From positions 14,501,707-14,565,706 of the forward strand of contig OZ199838.1 of NCBI GenBank assembly GCA_964304625.1: 64,000 nucleotides of DNA, written 5' to 3'. Shown piece by piece: positions 1-13,158 of the stretch. Position numbers and translations under genes: made by a program. Each line of letters starts with the position of its first letter. Within the stretch, counting starts at the first letter, position 1. Under the pieces are notes generated by a model. It did no database searches. It was not told where the DNA came from and saw only the letters and a program-made list of their open reading frames with translations. This DNA comes from Kudoa neothunni. Its lineage: Eukaryota; Animalia; Cnidaria.

Positions 1-1102
1 TTTTATAGGTATATCCCTGTATTGGCCTTTGATCACCTGCTACTAAATTATGATGTCTCCTTTGAATCAATATTTCAACGATGGGTTTAGTTTGTTCGAG
101 TGTGAGCTCCACCTCGTCACAAGGGGCATAGCAAGGTTTGTTTATGCCGCCGCAATTTGAGGAGTAAACGGCTGGATTTGGACTTAGGCTATCGATTCCG
201 TCTCTAATACTGAATAAGCATATTTCACTTGGAAATGAGTTGGTGAATTTAAGTTGATATTGTGTTTTTATCGCTTCAGATTTATACTTAACGTAGAACT
301 GTGGCTTATAAATGTCTGTTTCCTCTCTCATATAATAATTGGGCAGATGGTAGTAGAATATGGGATAATCGGTGCATCTCACTTCAAAATATGGGATTTT
401 GATGCCGTATTCAACCGATTTGGCGTAGGTGTCACTACTGCTATTGTAGGCGAATCCACAATTATCCCCTGCAGGTACATTTTTGTATTTTATGCCTTTG
501 TAATAAATAGGACATGCAACTGGTTTACACGTAACCGCACTCAGCATTAATTGATCACCATTATGTGTCGACCCTGTAATAAATGGGTCAACCAACAACG
601 CTAAATTTACCTTAATATATAACAAAGTTATTTAATCATACGTATTTGAAAACCAAAAACATTCCCACCCTTTTTATGAGAATTTTCTTTTACATCAGCT
701 GGATCATCCCCATCCTTTATGTAAACATATTTCGACCTTGGGGAGAAATATAGATAATCAAGATTATTGTCTTTTCCAGTACAGGATCGGACACACATAC
801 TATAAATACCACTTTCCTTATTTGCACATCCATCTATTTCATCATAGTCGTTTCCATTGGCGTTTTCTTTCATTATACGACATTTTTTTGTTCCTTCATA
901 CGCTAAACCCTTTAATTCAATGTTAACTTTAGCGGAACTTTCAAGAGGATCTTTCAACTGATAATAAACTTCTCTAGCAGCTTTTGAAGTATCTGTTGTA
1001 GAGTAAGAACATGTGACTAATTAACAATTAATTAAATCAACCATTATTTGAATTACATGCAAGTATAATCAAAGGAATAAAGTTTTTGTTATTAAATTTC
1101 AT
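1..1102 (-). CDS. Cys-rich FN3-like-repeat surface protein, copy A (5' part; runs off the window start)
   Basis: ATG at 1102. Signal-peptide exon MKFNNKNFIPLIILA, 40-nt intron 1017-1056, exon including ORF 628..957, 41-nt intron 601-641, then an open exon to base 1. Close paralog of 9161..12076. Confidence 0.85.
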
Positions 1103-1560
1103 TTTGAATGAATTATAACGATTACTAATCTGTTATTATGTAAACCGGTATATTTGTTCATATTAAACACATTCAATCAACTGGATAAGTTAATCCGAAT
1201 GTTTACGGTTGTTTTATGTTAATTCATAATATTTTCATATCAAGTAATATTTATATCGCAAAATATTACACTTTCTCCAACTCGTACGTTTCAGGATCTG
1301 AGAATCTTCAGGTAAATTCAAATTCTTTTAATAATTAAGTCTGTTAGGGATTTTAAAAAATTATTGTCAATTAAACCTTTTTGTGTAATAAATGTCATAT
1401 TAAATTATTCAATTGTATTTATTTTATTATTGATCAAATAAGTTCCAAAATAGCCTTAATTACTAAAATTATTTTTGTAGTTTTGCGAATTGTAAAAATA
1501 TTTTGTATTTTGTCGTTTATTTTTAGATAATGAAATACTTAACTTAAATTGTTGGAAATA
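1..1560. repeat. Segmental/tandem duplication, paired with ~10975..12535
   Basis: Direct sequence match at an offset of ~10,975 bp, covering the coding exons, introns and ~450 bp of upstream sequence. Confidence 0.95.
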
Positions 1561-2241
1561 ATCTATCTTCTCCTTATAGAGAGACTTTATTTAGTATTTG
1601 AGATCGTTTTTGTACTTTAAAAATGAAAAATTAACTAAAAAAATATAACGGGATTGTCTGCTTTCTTATAAAAGGTGATTTGTAGTGTAAACTTATAGTA
1701 AACAGATTAGAGCGGATGATAATGAGATTACCACTGCACATGGTTTGCTAATGGGTTCAGTGATATGCGTAACAAATCTAATTTTCGGTATGTAAATTCT
1801 ACTGAAACTTTGAAAGTTAACTATTTTTATACTTTTGAAGTACTTAAGACAATCTACAACATTCGTTCGTGCTTAGGCAAGGACTCAGGGTAAACGAAGT
1901 TTTGTTGTTTAAAGGGGAGCATAATACGCGTGAATAAATTATTTCCTTTTCACGTTTAATTAAAGATAAAAAATTTTAAATATTTCTTAAATAAACGTAA
2001 AATGATGTTAGCACGTTATAATTGAATGCAATATTGCCAACAAACTTTTAGATTAGTTAATTCATCGACGGGTTAGTTAAAGTGATTAATACGCCAAATG
2101 AGTTGTAAGAACTTATGATTTCTAAATGAAAATAAAATCCAATAAAGAAGAAAATGAAGGTTATCCGATTAATGTTGTTCATCTCGAATAACACTGTCGT
2201 CAAAAGAACGATTAAATAAGTATAATTGACTTTGAATTTAA

Positions 2242-2743
2242 CCCTTTCGACCCGAATAATGCCATATAGCATCATCGGATTGATATCGGAATATCTCTTC
2301 CATGTTTCTATGTATAATTTAAATCTACCGTTAAATAAAATTATAAATATGCTTTATTAAATGAATTTAAAAATTAGAATTATCAGTTGTTTATTTATTT
2401 TGTAATAAATAAACAGCATGCGTGAACGGCGTTAACAGATAATGAATTATTGTATCGATATTTACGGAAATAACGATTATGTATTTTATATTTCAGAAAA
2501 ATATAATCATTTATTATTAAGAAAATAATGTTTAAAAATTGGATCGAAATTTAAAAATAATGATGTATAGCGGGCTCGGGAGCTGAAACAATGAACGATG
2601 CCACATGGCATCATGTAGTTATTTAATTATATATAATATTTCGTAAATCAAAGATAATGTATTCCATTTTAATTTTATATCTATAAATGAAAACAATGGA
2701 AAAATATTTATTCTCAATTTTTATTTTGTTGAGGTCGAAAGCG
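2242..2743. mobile_element. Non-autonomous piggyBac-type MITE
   Basis: TTAA|CCCTTTCGACC ... GGTCGAAAGCG|TTAA termini; internal palindromes ATGCCATATAGCAT and GATGCCACATGGCATC. Confidence 0.75.
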
Positions 2744-3613
2744 TTAAGAATTTATATTCACGATTACTTTTACACAAAATACAGTTCCATCTCAATACAT
2801 GCCATATAAGTTAATAAGAAATTATTGTTCTACTCGATCTAATCGATATTTTCACGAAGTTTTTGTTAATGTAAGACAGATCAAATACAAAGAAGTTCTT
2901 TAGAACAATCAAAATGGTGCACTGCTTTCTAGAAAACCAGTTGATATATAGCATTGTTGTAATTTTTCAAACCAAAAACCACCTTTACATTTTAGATTTA
3001 ATCGTATTTTGTTAATTAAATTTGTATATTTTTGACGCAGTATGTATTTTAAAAAAAAAATGGTTGCATTTACATACAAATCAGTAAATTATGTTAAAAA
3101 TAATGAATACGTACGTTACCGCACCACAACTTATTAAAACCTGCATTAACATCCTTTATAAAAATGCTAAAAAAAGGAGGAACAACTAACATTTTTATTT
3201 CTGACGCATCTTAGGTTGATTTTTTTTCTTATCGTTTGTAGACTAATAATAAATTTTATAACTAGGAGGATTAATGTATATCGCTAAATTTGAAAAGAAC
3301 TGAAAGTCCTAGTCAAGTCACTTAATGATTTTGGTTAACCCTTTGTGGCACGCATGGGGTCCAATGGATTACGCGTTATATTTTTAGCGCGATAGCTCGT
3401 ATTCTACAATAACTGGTGCCTATATATCACACTTATTCACATATTTTTGTCAATTCTATAATTTATTATAATCCGATGAGCCAAAACAGATTTTGCAACT
3501 TCCATAGCGATGTATCTGATTCGAAAGTACCAGATTCATATAGATAAGACTTCGACTGTACCACGTTTTTGATGATGAATGCGAGAAAAATAATTTTGAA
3601 TTTAAGTTATATA

Positions 3614-5532
3614 CAGTCGAGATTGGATATTGCGTAATTTAAGATTTTCGATATGAAGATATTTACATTGGGACTTAATTTTAGAGTTATATCATTACTT
3701 TATTTATTAAGTTAATAATATAGAATAAAAATAAAAAAATATTTTTTCGATCTGCCTCTGATTTAGTATTGCGTAAAACCTTTTTATTGCGTAACGTAAA
3801 TTACCAACGTGACTCGATATTGCGTGATTTCATCTTCGATATGTCCATGGAGCAGCGTGAAATTTCTGAGAAAATTAGATTAATACAATATTACAATTCA
3901 ATAAAATCAATAAAGAGCGCAAGAAAATGACAGTTGAAATGTTTAAACGTAGTGCTATGATTATTTTTGATCGATAACAATTTATTTCTTAAAGGACATT
4001 CAGCGTTTGACCAGAATTCTTTCTCATGAAACCAAGCTGAGAAATTCAGATGTTGCAGGAAATAGGAAGAGGCATTCAAATGGAAGATTTATCAATATAG
4101 ACGAAGAAGTTTATGAATGGTTTATCAAAAAACGCACCAATGGTCACATTATTTCTGGTGACGTAATACTTGAAATGGCCACCATAATTGCCAGAAAGAA
4201 TGAAGTTAAAAATTTTAAAGCAAGCAGGAGTTGGCTAGTGGGGTTTAAAAAAAGGTTTGGAATCATTTTCAAGAATTTTCATGGTGAAGCTGCGAGCGCT
4301 AACGTCGCGTCTATTGATTCGTGGATCTATGAAAAATAAAAATTTGATAAGCATATATAGCCCAAAAAATATAATCAATATTGACAAAACTGGTTTGTTT
4401 TATGAGCAATTACAGAACAGTAGTTATTTATTCAAAGAAGAAAATGACATTAAAGGTAAAAAGCTATCGAAAAAAAGAATAACGATTTTGGGTATCGTGC
4501 TTTTTAAGCGGAGAAAAGTTGCCCTTAGTCGTAATTGGGAAATACCAAAATCCCAGGTGATTCAAGGGGGTAAAAAATTTACCTTATGAGTATTATGCCC
4601 AAAAAAATCTGGATGACCTCTGCTATTTTTCTCCAGATAATGAAAAATTAAATTTTAAAATGGAGTCAGAACAACGAAAAATACTACAAGTGTTTTACAG
4701 CCACTCGATCTCGGAGTGATCATATTGTCTTAAAAGTAGATATAAAAAAATATTGTGTAGCCATATGACATTATGTGATGATTCGTTAAATAATAAATTT
4801 ACATTACTTAATGCAATTTTGACACTCCAAGAAGCATGGAACATTATTCCACCTGATATTATTGTCAACTGTTTTAAAAAGTCGGGCATATTTAGCGAAG
4901 TAAAAGCTAATGCGAACTTCAAAAATTAATCATTATCATAGGAGATACAGAGACGGAAACAAATGATAAAATTTTCGAAGATGAACAGAGTATAAATATA
5001 CAATAAAATTTTAACATTTTTATAGTCGAGGAGGAAACATGGGAGAGCAGCTTTGATGATGATAACTTACCTACTTGTGAAGATGATAACGGCGATGTCT
5101 TAATATCAACAGTGAATCCAATCAGAATGAAATCGAATCTGATGAGGAAGAACCAAAAGTTCTAATAAAAGATATAAAGCATGCCGTAAGTACATTAAGG
5201 AAGGTGTTTATTCAGGAAGATCCATCTGGACTCATCGATCCTTATCCGATAATGGATCGAATTTTAAAAAATATCATCTCAAAGATGGCACCAAACTAAA
5301 ATTACTTCATTTTTTCATAAAAATTAATAATTTTGTCTGGTGAGTTAAATAAAATTCCTTATATTTATTTTATTTCACTAGCAATGATTTAAAGTAAGAT
5401 AAACGCACAAAACAATTTTAAATCGGAATATTTTTACAAGTGCGCATGTGCATGATTCGATATTGCGTAAAACCTTTTTATTGCGTACTTTTTCCTTGGT
5501 CCCGAAAATTACGCAATATCGAATCTCGACTG
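3614..5532 (+). mobile_element. Tigger/pogo DNA transposon with disrupted transposase (CENP-B HTH plus DDE_1)
   Basis: TA|CAGTCGAGATTGGATATTGCGTAATTT ... AAATTACGCAATATCGAATCTCGACTG|TA (about 27-bp TIR, 1 mismatch, TA TSD). ORFs 4007..4339 (EEVYEWF...FKASRSWLVGFKKRFG...FHGEAASA) and 4257..4589 (NIDKTGLFY, KKRITI). Subterminal TATTGCGTAAAACC repeats. Confidence 0.92.
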
Positions 5533-5539
5533 TATTACT

Positions 5540-6730
5540 AAGTTTGATTGGTGCCAAAGTCTGTGGGGCTGTTTCAAAGAATAGAAAGTATGATATGATT
5601 ATGGAGAAACGTCAAATAAAAATCCCTGATGATGTATACAGGAAGTCTCAAATTTGAAGTCTATTCATTACTGATGAAATACTACATCGAATATTGATTA
5701 TTTACAAATAATCATCCGGAGAATATACATTCAAATTTCACATGATTACTGGATTGCGTTGAATTCGATTGTGCTAATTGAAGGCATTTATTGGTTTACA
5801 TCATTTTTAGGTATAAAAAAACGAATCTAACAGATATGCAGGAACCTTGGGGCCGATGATGATTTTGGTTTCGTTATTTGCAGAAGGCATTCTGCAGTAA
5901 CAGATTTAAATTTTTAAAAAGATGCCTACGCTATAACGACGATTCTACTGAATCAGTGATACTCAAATCAAGATAGATTTTCAAAAATAAAAGATATTTT
6001 CAATTATATCAACTCCAAATTTATGACATATTACAGCCCCACAGAGTGTCTCACTATTGATGAAATGCTGAGGCCGTTTAGAGGACGATGTATTTTCAAA
6101 CAATACATTCCATCAAAGCCTTCCAAATATGGCATCAAGATATATAATTTATGTGACACTAAAACATATTATACACTAAATCTTGAAGTATGTTTTGGAG
6201 CTCAATGTGGTATTGTCTATAAAGTTGATAATTCTCCACAGTGTTTAATAATGCGTCTTGTAAAACCAGTGTTACAATCTGGGAGAAATATTACATTTGA
6301 CAATTGGTTAATTTCTCTCCCACTATTTGAAAAATTACTAAACAATGGCTTGACTGCGGTTGGAACTATAAGGAAGAATAAAAAAGAATCCCCTCCACTC
6401 ATTTACCTTCAAAAACACGAGAGAAATTTACATCAAAATTTTCATTTACAAAAAATCTTACATTATTAATCCAATGGACTTAAAAAGAATAAATCCGTCC
6501 TTATTCTAATTTTATTTCGTCACAAGTCTATTATCGATACAAAACATCCAAAAAAGCTTCCTGAGATGATTAATTTTTACGACTCCACTAAAGGATGAGT
6601 TGACAAGATGGATCAAATGTGTGCCAGTTATTCCAGTCATAGGAAAACTAAAAGATGGCCAGCTGTTATTTTTCACACTTTATTAGATGTAACTTCTATT
6701 AATTTATACATTATATATGGTATCAAAAAT
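5540..6730 (+). pseudogene. piggyBac (PGBD) transposase pseudogene
   Basis: Motifs LTIDEMLRPFRGRCIFKQYIPSKPSKYGIK, GRNITFDNW, GTIRKNK, TKG*VDKMDQMC and RKTKRWP, broken by stops and frameshifts. Confidence 0.9.
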
Positions 6731-6811
6731 AATGTAAAAGTGCGAAGGAAAGGTTACATCAAATTTAGGATCAAGTAGTATTAACAAAAAGATAACAGAG
6801 TTAAAATTTTT

Positions 6812-8366
6812 GACAATGGCTATACTCATGGATCCATTTAATCCTCCCTCGGGACTGGCCATTCTCATGAAACCGAATAACTCCTCCGTTATAGACAATA
6901 TTTAAAATCTGATTTCGTATTTAAATTTAACAATTTTTAACCTAATATTCTATTAAAAAATTATTAAAATGTTTAGAGAATAAAAACTCGACATTTTACC
7001 TTCCCCATTTACACTATTCGCCAGTAGTAAACTCCCATTTTTTGAACCTAATATTGTGTAATATAAACATTTTAATTGAAATAGAAAGTGAAAACATTTA
7101 CTAATAAACAGAAACTATGCTGTTCCTGTATTCTTGTGTCAACCATCATGTCAGAATATGCGCGTGAATCCTATTTGATTGTGGGGCGTTCTATTTCGCA
7201 AGATTATTTCTAAGGTTTAAACGATTTTGAAATAACTGAAATCTGTAGAACAAGTTTATATATTATATTCAGTTGGAGAAGAGAAATTTAAGCTTCCGTA
7301 AGATATAAAATATCAATTGCATGGAATAAGTCTGAAAAGTGTTGTCATTATTGCTTCCTATGAACCACTTTTAAATTGATTTGCTCAAACCTATACCTTT
7401 TATTAAAAAATATTATTATACTGTTAAAATTTCACATTTCTCAATATCAAGAAGAAAATGTTTGCAATATTAAAATGAAATTTTTCAGAACAATCCAAGC
7501 TTCTCAAGGAGGAATTAACCGTTTTCTTAACTCCAACATTGTTTATTATAATACTTACTACATTTCTTCGTTTGCTCGCTTTACAAAAGCCAATTAATCG
7601 TACCCCAAAAATCATCATTTAACAATCTTCATTTTATAGAGGTACCCACTGTACATTACCAGAGGAATTAATGCAGAAAATTTAGAATTACCCTGGCTGT
7701 TAAAAATTGATAAATAAGTTTAAATTAAGCAGTATAGACATACTCTTAAATTTAAACACATAGATTCTGTATTCACGAATAGGCATCATGAAAACCTTTC
7801 TCATACTTCTGATTAAAGTAAACACATTCGTAGGGAGAAAACAACGAAAATTCCCCGAAATTATGGTCCAATCTTATAGATACCTATGAAAAGTGGTTTA
7901 CACCGATGTAAAATAGTTTGAATCCAATTAATCTTCATTGATTAACGACAATTTTGTTAAATTTATATTAAAAAATTTTATGATAGGAATATACATGTTT
8001 TGTAAATAATTGGAGATGACTTATTCTAAGTTGAACTACATGCGTTGAGATGTATTAAACTAAGGGTTACTAACCACCATTAGATATGTTTACATTTCAT
8101 TTCAACTAAAATGTTCATATTACACAATATTAGACTCAAAAATGTGAGTGTACTTATTGAACAATGTAAATAGGGCAGACAAAATGTCGAATTTTTATTC
8201 TTTAAATTTTCGAATAATTTTTGCATAGAAAATTAGGTTAAAAATTGTTAAATTCAAATACGAAATCAGATTTGAAATATAGTCTATAACGAAGAAGTTA
8301 TTCGTTTCCATGAAAATAGCCAGTACCGAGAGGGGATTAAACGGATCCATGAGAATAACCACTGTC
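6812..8366. mobile_element. Long-TIR non-autonomous foldback element (MULE-like)
   Basis: ~290-bp imperfect inverted repeats at 6812-7104 and 8080-8366 (GACAATGGCTATACTCATGGATCC... / ...GGATCCATGAGAATAACCACTGTC), G...C termini. No clear TSD. Confidence 0.7.
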
Positions 8367-9160
8367 TTTCTATAAACCTCCCCCCGGGTGTCACGTGATT
8401 ATGTTTCTCTCGAAAGGCCCCATGCTAAAAGAATTTATTCTAAATACAATTTATTTGACTCTCCTTGTCTTTGTAATAATCAATTATTTAGAACTTTGAT
8501 ATGAGGAAGGAAAATATATCCCCAAAACTTTGATTGTAAACAAGGTTTCACTATATTTCTTAACTTAAAACATTTACTCATCTAATAAATTCATGCTGTA
8601 AAGCACTAAACACACGATAAAAAATTTTATTTCTTATCTTATTGAATTATCTAGGAGCTCTTGTAGTGCCATATTTGCTGAATTTTTTCTGTGGATATTT
8701 CAAAAAATTAAAACCTTATTTTCTCTTTATAAAAGTTATTTTCTAACATATTAATTATTTTGGTTAAGTATAAATATATTTCGGAATTAAAAAGCTACCG
8801 ACACGTAAATCCATCACATAAATTAATTTTATTATTATATTGAATTCATTGTTTCACACTTTATAATAAAACTTATTGTAAGTTCAAGAACTGAAAAATT
8901 CACCAACACTTTTCAAGGTGACATTAAACCAGACGAAAATCTTCATATTATTTGAATTTCAATAATTTTTATAATGGCAAATTTTATTTTGGGATTTAAA
9001 TTAAATACAAATAGTTATTCGAAAAATCAATATCTATAAATTTAAGGTTAAAATCGTTAAACCGCACTAGCTCAATAAAATATACTGAATATAAAATGAG
9101 AGAATAATAATCGGTAAATATTGGAGTCTAAAACGAGCTTTCTTGTTGAGTTTAATCAAC

Positions 9161-12076
9161 CTAATTTCTTTTTCGGAATGCAATAAATGCACCTATTCCT
9201 CCAATCACAACAATTATTGCCACAACCGCTATGATGATTCTAAAATTTAATATTTAAATGACCATAATTCCTACATAGTACATAGTGTTTTTGCTTGACC
9301 TAGAAAATAATATAATAAGTTTTCTGACTATTATAATATTTACGTTGATCTACTTCCCGCTTCTCCTACATTTTAAATCAATATAGCTGATCGATAGGAG
9401 AATTTTTACCTTTCTTAATTTCTTCGGCTCCAAATACTGTTGCATCTTCACTGTGATAAATCGTCAAGTGATAATCATTTAAATCCTCCACATTTTCGAT
9501 GGTGAAACTTTCACAATTTGGCAGTGAGTTGCAATCACCGACTGAATTTCCAGTACATTTTTTGACCGTTGGTCTTGCAGGATCATTTGAATTTACCAAT
9601 CTCCACTTACATTTGGATCCTTTGGATTTACCCTCGGGAAGGGTGCTGGTGACTTTTAGTGTTGTACCCTCACGATTAATGACAACAGTTATTTTTTTCG
9701 ATGGTTCAGTTGGGGTCACCGGTAATGGTTCTAAATAAATTTTAATATTTTTATTATCATGAGAAAATATTATTATTGATTATATCAATAGATAAAAATA
9801 ATTTCTGTTAACAACTGATAAAGTTTACTTGGTTCTATCGTAATTACTGACTCTTTTGATCTACCAACAGCTGTAACCAATATTTTATATTCCTTGTTTG
9901 CATAAAAACCATCACTGAATACGATATTTTCACATAATGGCACTTCAGTACAATATTCAGCAGGTGCTGGATTTGCGAGTGGTTGCTGTTTGTCTGTACC
10001 TGTTCTAGCAATAATAATTCCGTCATTTTCACCTAACATTCCTGACAATGCCGATTTGGGTGCATTAACCGGGCAAGAAAAAACAGTCTCCCATTGACCT
10101 CCCTTTTTCTCTTTAATCTGATAATGACATTGCGCTTCAGCGTACGGTGTTGACAATGTGCCTTTGATTCTGTAACCCTTGTCTAATGGTTCTTTAGCAA
10201 GCGCAAGATTAGAAAATACTATTTTAAATATTACTGAAAACATTCATATAATAACCATATTTACTCGTTTTAAGATTGGAAAATGTAGTAGAACCATACT
10301 CGGAATATGCTACAACCTTAACGTCGTACGCTGTATTAGGCTCAAGGTCAACAACAGTTTTGGAATCTTTGCACAAGCCTCTGCAGGGTACGCTATCCAA
10401 ACATGCAGCTTCTACAAACAGATTTTTCCCTGTAGCACTAACATAGAAGTCACATACAGGCTCGGTTGATTCATTTCCAGGACTTCCATCTATTGCCTTT
10501 ATTATGATAGACGTATCCCTCAGAGTTGGCTGGGCCGAATTAAATAATTTTTCCCCATTTTTTTCTTTATTATATTAAAAATAGGATAATTAAATTATTA
10601 ATACCTGTTTCAATATATAGGTATTCTTTAAAATCAGCGTAGTTGTTTATACTTGTCGAGGCAATTTCAAACATGAGTGATTTTCCTTCAGGTAAGCTTT
10701 GTATAGTGGCCACTGAACTGCAAAGATTGGAGCATTTCCCTCCTGTTGAGCATTGCGCCTCTTTATTTTGACCGTCCTTAGGTGTGCCTGCGGCATAATA
10801 TTTAACGTTGCATTGATCAAATTTTACACTAATTCCAGCCGATGGCGCCAATAACGCCAGATTTATGTTAACCCCAGTACTTGTAATAGAAGAGATCAAT
10901 GTCTTATCCTCTCCACTGGGTTCGATTATGGCTATAAAACCTTAAAAGAGATATAAGTTGTATATTTACCATATTTTTTATAGGTATATCCCTCCACTTG
11001 CCCTCTTGTATGTGCTACTGTATTGTGATGTCTCCTTTGAATCAATATTTCAACGATGGGTTTAGTTTGTTCGAGTGTGAGCTCCACCTCGTCACAAGGG
11101 GCATAGCAAGGTTTGTTTATGCCGCCGCAATTTGAGGAGTAAACGGCTGGATTTGGACTTAGGCTATCGACTCCGTCTCTAATACTGAATAAGCATATTT
11201 CACTTGGAAATGAGTTGGTGAATTTAAGTTGATATTGTGTTTTTATCGCTTCAGATTTATATTTAACGTAGAACTGTGGCTTATAAATGTCTGTTTCCTC
11301 TCTCATATAATAATTGGGCAGATGGTAGTAGAATATGGGATAATCGGTGCATCTCACTTCAAAATATGGGATTTTGATGCCATATTCAACCGATTTGGCG
11401 TAGGTGTCACCAGTTCTATCGTAGGCTGATCCACAATTAATTCCTGCAGGTACATCTTTGTATTTTATGCCTTTGTAATAAATAGGACATGCAACTGGTT
11501 TACAAGTAATTGCCCTCAGCATTAATTGATCACTCATATGTGTCGATCCCCTAATAAATGGGTCAACCAACAACGCTATATTTATATTAATTCATGAAAC
11601 ATTATTTAATCATACGTATTTGAAAACCAAAAACATTCCCACCCTTTTTATGATCATTTCCTTTTACATCAGTTGCAACATTCCCGTCCTTTATATAAAC
11701 ATATTTCGACCTTGGGGAGAAATATAGATAATCAAGATTATTGTCTTTTCCAGTACAAGGTCGTACACACATATTATTAACATCGTTTTCCTTATTTGCA
11801 CATCCATTTATTTCATCATAGTCGTTTCCATTGGCGTTTTCTTTCATTATACGACATTTTTTGGTTCCTTCATATGCTGATCCCTTTAATTCAATGTTAA
11901 TTGTAGCGGAACCATCAATGGAATCGTTCAACTGATAATAAACTTCTCGGGCAACATTTGAAGTGTCTGATGTAGAATATGAATATGCCACTAATTAATA
12001 ATCAATGAAACCAACCACTATTCGATTTACATGCAATTATGGTCAAGAGAATGTAGCTTATGTTATTAAATTTCAT
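9161..12076 (-). CDS. Type-I membrane protein (~830 aa, 10 exons) with about six Cys-containing FN3-like modules, copy B
   Basis: Exons approximately 12076-12031, 11990-11616, 11575-10970, 10931-10605, 10564-10265, ~10220-9829, ~9733-9410, ~9365-9344, ~9299-9282 and 9239-9161, with consistent GT-AG phases. Signal peptide; FN3-like strand VDLEPNTAYDVKVVAYSEYG; TM IIIAVVAIIVVIGGIGAFIAF; tail RKRN*. Confidence 0.85.
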
Positions 12077-13158
12077 TTTAATGAATTATAACGATTACTA
12101 ATCTATTATTATATTAAAAGGTATGTTTGTTCATATTAGCCCCATTCAATCAACTGGGTGAGTTAATCCGAATGTTTACGGTTGTTTTCTGTTAATTCAT
12201 AATATTTTCATATCAAGTAATATTTATATTGCAAAATATTACGCTTTGTCCAACGCGTACGTTTCAGGATCTGAGAATCTTCAGGTAAATTCAAACTCTT
12301 TTAATAATTAAGTCTGTTAAGGATTTTAAAATAATATTATCAATTAAACTTTTTTATGAAAAAAACGTCATATTAAATTAATCTGTTGTATTTATTTTAT
12401 TATTGATCAAATAGGTTCCAAAATAACTTTAATTACTAAAATTATTTTTATAGTTTTGCGAATTGTAAAAATCTTTTGTATTTTGTCGTTTATTTTTAGA
12501 CTTCGAAATATTTATCTTAAATACTTGGAGCTGATATAGATTATTTTATTATTCAATTTTTAAGTATTTTATTTGATAAACGAGTGAATTACCCAGATTA
12601 AAACGGGTTAGGCAATATTTTTAGTGAAAACATGGAAAAATGATAAAATATACGAATTCTTTAATTAACCCTGCTATCGAGAAATTAAGCGTGAATTTTA
12701 GTTAGAATATCGTCACCTATACAATAATGTAGAGAAAAATGTGAAATTCTTGGACTTCAATAAGTAACAAATGATTTTATCGATACATTTGAATCACAGT
12801 AGTTAATATATTAAAAATACAAGATAAATATATAAAATAACAAAGATAAAACTAAATCACATGACTTTATTGTTCGGTAATTCAAGAAACAACATGAAAT
12901 ATTAAGTCAACAAAATTACGTAACTTAAAATTATTAGAATTTAAATGTAATTAGAACAAATGTGCTAATAATTTTGACATTTATCAAAGATCATTTAATC
13001 GTTAGAATTACTCAAGGAATCTTAGAAGACCATCTATGAATTGAGAGGATTAAATTAGTTTATTTATCGCAACTATTAATAATCAAGAACCACCAGTAAA
13101 TAATTTATATTAAAATACAAACAATATAGTTTAGTTGTGTGTTGTAATTATAAAATGT

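Larger units (their letters stand above)
3339..6750 (+). mobile_element. Decayed piggyBac element, interrupted by a Tigger insertion
   Basis: 5' end TTAA|CCCTTTGTGGCACG at 3335-3352. Transposase remnants ~5540-6730. Right TIR not found. Confidence 0.75.

Noticed and set aside
254-550. Plus-strand ORFs 254..550, 738..926, 9499..9738, 10179..10469 and 11229..11429
   Set aside because: Antisense shadows of the minus-strand surface-protein exons; they recur only because the region is duplicated.
3900-6730. Alternative genetic code or programmed frameshifting to explain in-frame stops
   Set aside because: Stops and frameshifts are concentrated in TE relics; GMDS, OAT, SSR3 and HP1 translate cleanly with the standard code.
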